Positions 59,350 to 64,000 of a stretch of DNA of 64,000 bases are shown in pieces. Position numbers and translations under genes: made by a program. How positions within the stretch are numbered: the stretch's first letter is position 1; the number at the start of each line of letters is the position of its first letter. Origin of the DNA: Bigelowiella natans CCMP2755 (lineage: Eukaryota; Protista; Cercozoa). The stretch lies in contig ADNK01003302.1 of the NCBI GenBank assembly GCA_000320545.1, positions 62,001 to 126,000 of the forward strand, in the 5' to 3' direction. The notes under the pieces were generated by a model. That model did no database searches. It was given only the letters and a program-made list of their open reading frames with translations, and was not told the origin of the DNA.

Positions 59350-61022
59350 TTTGTTTTTGTGAGGAGGTGATTCTCTACATGCTTTCACCTCAGGAGCTAT
59401 GTAGCCAGGTGTTCCTGCACACCCCCTTGTACGCATATGATGGGGTGGGGGATATCTGTCAGCAAACAACGCATTCTTGTTCTCCCTATCAATGCATAAT
59501 AAAATATTCATTTGGGGGGGGGGTTCAAATATAAAGTTAATTGTCGAAAATCTTGTCCTCACACTCGTCCTCATAAGCATATTCAAGATATACATCCCTA
59601 GAGTATTGTGCAGCAGCATGAGCCTACTTATCTCTCTCTGAAAGCTCGATGGCAAGACCAAGATCCGTGATGCGTATATGTCCCTACATAGAGTGAAGAA
59701 AGCAACGACAACAAGGTTACTACAGCAGCGATGAGGAGGAGGAGGAGGAGGAGGAGGAGGAGGAGGAAAAGAAGGAGGAGGTCATGGTTATAACAAAAGT
59801 TACAGCAGCTAAGTCTTCATTCTTATATGCTCGTTCTGGTGCTGCCGATGATTAATATATTTCGATGTCATCACAGGATTGACCGATGTACTCTCATGAG
59901 TTCAACTTATACTTCTCCTCCTCCTCCTCCTTCTCTTCCAATGACTACTACCATTACTACCTCTGCGTCCAATAGCACGTTTTCGAGTTTAAGGTCACGG
60001 TAAACATAGTTTAGCTTGTGGATAGCCTCGATCCCCAACAACATCTCAGCTGCATAGAAACTAATGAATAATGGTAAAAGGAGAAGTACATATCAACAAC
60101 TACTAACAGCAAGATGATGGAGAAAGAACAGGGAAGAGCTGTCTCCCCGTTTAAAAGTACATGGTACTCTAACTTCACCAATGAAATACTATTAATTATT
60201 GAAAAATGCAGCAGCAGGCTAGTTCTTCGTAAATGCCGAATTTATTGACCAACACATCATTATTATTATCTATAATACACTACTACTACTACTAACTATT
60301 TCACACCGTGCTTCTCGCTCTGACATGGCCCCCCCTCTTTGCAAGTAGTAGCCAAGATCCCCACCACGCAAAAAGGGCATAACAAAAACTAAATCCAGAT
60401 TGTCCAAGAAAGCGTACTAACGTCGTTTTAATGAAGAAAGGGGATGAATAAACGCAACCGCCTCCACTATGATTATGTTGTCCATCATTCCTTAGCAGTC
60501 TACCTTCAGTTCAACCACAAAAGGCGACTTCACTTTACTCATAAGAGATCTTTCTGTCCAGGCATTCTGCCACAGTTGGGTCTTCTGAATTAGGCTCTTA
60601 AGATCCTAAGATGTGCATGAGATCAACACCAAGCTCATAAAATCAAAGTATTTATGAAGATCCGTTTAGACGATCAACCTGAAACTTCATCGCAAAGTAT
60701 GGAGTTTCTCGTGCGTAGATAGAACGTTTTCTTCCGGTAATCTTGATCTTATGAATCATTTTCCGATCTTGAGCGACTTTTACCTTTTTTCATCATACGT
60801 GCACATACATAGCAGCCTCTAGTTTCACCGTGCACTTGGCAGCTCGAAACCCACTCCAATTGTTGTTGGAAAATTGAACCATGTTTTCAAATATAATATA
60901 TAGCATTCTTCAAGTAGTACCTTTCCAAATCCTCCTTTTCCTATAGTGGAGAGAATCTTAAAATGAGTTTTGTCAACTTTCTCCGAGTTGATCCCTTCAG
61001 AGAGGCTGACGCAGAGCCCCAT
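57884..61022 (-). CDS. AGC-group Ser/Thr kinase (STK32/YANK- or GRK-like, no RGS domain) with N-terminal acylation motif
   Basis: Spliced translation: MGLCVS..., [58 protein letters not shown]...DW, AGC C-terminal tail. About 13 GT-AG exons. Confidence 0.88.
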
Positions 61023-61742
61023 ATTCGCGTAGAAGAAATGCGGGGGGATATCCAAATCCAACCAAAGTCTTGTCTAGGAACACACTCGTAAGAAATCTCC
61101 TGATGAAAGCACAAGAACTGGTAATAGAAAGAATCATACGAAATTGACGGGACTTCAATTTTGACAGGTGAGGAGCCGTAGATCTACATCTTTTCAAGCG
61201 TGATATTTAAGGAACATATAAGTAATCGCTGTCCTTCTAAAGCATTTAGCTAAGAACAAAATGAAACAAAATTTCTGGGTAGTTGTTACATCCTCACGTT
61301 TGATCCGACCCCATTCTGAGAGAACATTGATCGACTACCTTTTCTGCATTCAAGTACCACCATTCGGGGGAACGTGTTAAGATTTTAGAGTTCTTTACCC
61401 TGAAATATGTCCTCTTAATCATTGTCGCAACACAAAAATCACAACAATTTAAGACCCTTTCAAAACTTGATCGAAACCGAATCTCAGTTACAACATTGAT
61501 GTCGCATTTCAGAGTTGTCCGACCAAGTTTGATAAAATAATAATATCGAGGGTTTCTGTTTCTGATGATGTGAGGAACATCCTGCAGTTCCAATTGGAAA
61601 TACAACAATCGACAGCAGTAGTTCATTCGTGCACAGAAAAATAACAATAATAACACAGAATAACAACAACAACAACAACCAGGAAGACGAAACGCCAACG
61701 AGGAAGGGAGCGATAACTTTCCACCCATTCGGTTCTCTAGCA

Positions 61743-62816
61743 ATGGAAACTTCGCTGTCTGACGACAGCCTCCTAGAGATAAACCCCCTAGCCATTCCTC
61801 GGGGACAGAAGCTGGTCTGCGAGGTGACTGGGCAACCGGCTAGGGTTATATGTCATGGGTGCAGGTTGACATTCTACAGAAGTAAGGAAGAGCAAAGCCT
61901 AGATTGGCAGGGAATTCATTGCAAAATTTGCAAGCTTGTGGGGAAGCTTCGAGGATCTAAGGGTGCCCTCAAGTCTGAAGAAGAGCGAAAAAAGGCACAA
62001 TCGGAAGATATGGAGCTGAACTTGCAACTTCTTAAAATTTGTAAAAACGAAGCACATAAGCATTTGATCTCCGGGTCATTTTCCCTGGCAGTAGTTGCAG
62101 GTCTGCAAGCCCTTCGTTATTCGAAGGCCGTTTACGGGACAAATAGCTTGGACGTTATTCCAGCTTATCTCCTACTCGCAGAAGCTAATATGGGTCTCAA
62201 TCGTCTCGAAATGGCGAACAAATATCTCGAGTTTGGAAATTGGGCCATACTTAAGAATCCCAATTGCACCTATGAGCTGCGATCTCAACTCCACAGAAAT
62301 TTTGGAAAGCTTTACACGTCACAAGAAAAATATTCAAAGGCCCTAACTGAATTCGCAAAGGATGTGTATGTGTGCTCACTCGATCATGGACCAGAACATG
62401 TTCGAACTGCGGCAGCCTATTATTATATGGCAAAGAATCTCTTCAAGATAGGTAAAGAAACTGCAGGACTGGGGTTTTGTACCAAAATCATGAAAATTTG
62501 GCATAAAGCTTTGGAAACGGAAAAAAAAATTCTGGAAAATCTTACCGAGGCTCAGATGTGCGAGGGAGAAGAAATCCTAACTAGTATTTTCGAGACACGA
62601 AAACAAACATATGGGGCAGAAAGTATTTCCACTGCAGAAGCTGCATTTACGTTGGGCCTCATCAAATGTGAGATGAAGCGATTTAATGAAGCAGAGCTTT
62701 TACTAGAAAACGTCCTAGCAACATACAAGGGGAAATTTGGTGGAGATGATTTGAGGACTTCTAAGGTCCAAGCTGCACTTGAGTTGGTCTTTGCTGTAAT
62801 GAAAGCTTCAGAATAA
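61743..62816 (+). CDS. ZMYND12: ZMYND12 homolog (MYND finger + TPR; axonemal inner-arm dynein-associated), intronless
   Basis: INPLAIPRGQKLVCE...C..C..TFY...DWQGIHCKIC, followed by TPRs (PAYLLLAEANMGL, LHRNFGKLY, GPEHVRTA). Confidence 0.88.
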   Translation: METSLSDDSLLEINPLAIPRGQKLVCEVTGQPARVICHGCRLTFYRSKEEQSLDWQGIHCKICKLVGKLRGSKGALKSEEERKKAQSEDMELNLQLLKICKNEAHKHLISGSFSLAVVAGLQALRYSKAVYGTNSLDVIPAYLLLAEANMGLNRLEMANKYLEFGNWAILKNPNCTYELRSQLHRNFGKLYTSQEKYSKALTEFAKDVYVCSLDHGPEHVRTAAAYYYMAKNLFKIGKETAGLGFCTKIMKIWHKALETEKKILENLTEAQMCEGEEILTSIFETRKQTYGAESISTAEAAFTLGLIKCEMKRFNEAELLLENVLATYKGKFGGDDLRTSKVQAALELVFAVMKASE

Positions 62817-63130
62817 AACACTTGTGAATCTTAGTTGCCACTAAATGAAAACCTCAAAGATGTGCATGTGCAGGTGTGTACACAACTGCTGGCAATGTTG
62901 TTCATCCACATCGTCGCAGCGCGCGCACACATCGACCTACAACCATGTGTGGGCCGACTACCACACGCACCCCATCAGCCATGTACGCATGCAGTATGTA
63001 CTCTGTACATGTGTTGATTGGTGTACGTGCGATGTAGTCTTGGTGGCTATGCTGTTACGTCGTTGAAGTCACATAGCGTTTCAATTGTCACATGGTCTCT
63101 ACATCTATCAGCGGCGTATACGTAAACTAA

Positions 63131-64000
63131 CAAAAACACATCAGCAATGATGTGTGTGAACGCGCCTGGCTAGGCGTGCACAAGCTAGCAAGCTAGCTAG
63201 TGGACGGGCCTGTCTAGCTGTGCAAGAGAGCCTGCAGCTCATTTCGTGAGATGCCAAGGCATGCTTGTTGCACGTGTGCGGTTGTGTGCTGCTGCAAGTT
63301 GTAGTGGAGCAGCGTTCGTCATCAAATAAGCTACAAAGGCAATCGCCATATGTCTAGACATTGGCGCCAACAACAACAGCATGTCGGCCTACCACCACAA
63401 TGCTCTCGCAATGCTCATTGCTAGATTGTGTGCTCATGTCCAGCTAGAGCGAGGGTCGCGCCACCTGTGTGCATCCACAGCTCGCCAGCAAATGCATCGC
63501 TGCACAGCACGTCGGCCAACCATCACAATGCTCATGTGAGCATTGTGTGCTCAGGTCCAGCTACAGCGAGGGTCGCGTCGCCTGTGCATCCACGCACAGC
63601 TAGCCATTGCATTGTGCATGCAGCCCTGCAAACTGCGCTTGAGCATGCGTGTCGATGCACATTTCAAGACCATGAGGCGCTAGCTAACAAGATTGCGTGC
63701 GCTTGCCATTGCCTCAGTGGCAAGTGGCACATGCAAATTCGGGCCCCATGCTGGCATGGCACATGTGCAACTACATGCATGCTCTTGTTGGGTGATCCAA
63801 TGGCTTTTGTGCTTCAACAGCCACGCGTGGTGAGTGCCAACGTGTGTCAAACAATGACAACAAAATGTCATCGATGACGCAGGCTTTCAGCGCACCCAAG
63901 TGGCCATGGTGGACGCATCTCATGTTGTGCATGAATTTCGTCGAACATTCGGAATGATGAAGTTGCATGCGGAGGAGAAAGTGGAAGAGGAGGATGAGGA
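63131..64000. repeat. TpA-depleted tract with internal ~105-nt direct repeat (63377-63487 / 63505-63606)
   Basis: Hand count: 18 TA in 870 nt, 16 of them in CTA or TAG context (10 CTAG), none after ~63774. Duplicated cagca[t/c]gtcggcc...attgtgtgctca.gtccagcta.agcgagggtcgcg... Confidence 0.7.

Overview
Eukaryotic nuclear DNA from a photosynthetic, probably flagellated protist: chlH and ZMYND12 are present, with GT-AG introns full of microsatellites. The style fits a chlorarachniophyte-like alga, but that is inference. I can reconstruct 12 protein-coding genes by hand: ChlH (3' part), an intronless GH5 endoglycoceramidase-like enzyme, a ~2700-aa TRF4/TENT4-type nucleotidyltransferase ending in a NOT1 CAF1-binding MIF4G-like domain, a ~2190-aa SNF2 remodeler with many chromatin-reader modules ending in FHA, a basic protein of unknown function, a thioredoxin(CPYC)-PAN/Apple fusion, a copine, DHAD (ilvD, with clustered indels), DPYD, a PH-RhoGAP-SH3 protein, an AGC kinase and ZMYND12. 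Gene orientation alternates almost perfectly. The most striking signals are non-coding. (1) Sharply bounded intergenic tracts (3924-4595, 44068-45252, 63131-64000) have lost almost all TpA except inside CTAG, and repeat copies show TA/TG/CA at homologous sites. This suggests a targeted, RIP-like TpA->TpG/CpA hypermutation process. (2) A degenerate ~70-110 bp element recurs in four separate tail-to-tail intergenic regions. No rRNA, convincing tRNA or CRISPR array was seen. All exon models and dinucleotide counts were done by eye.
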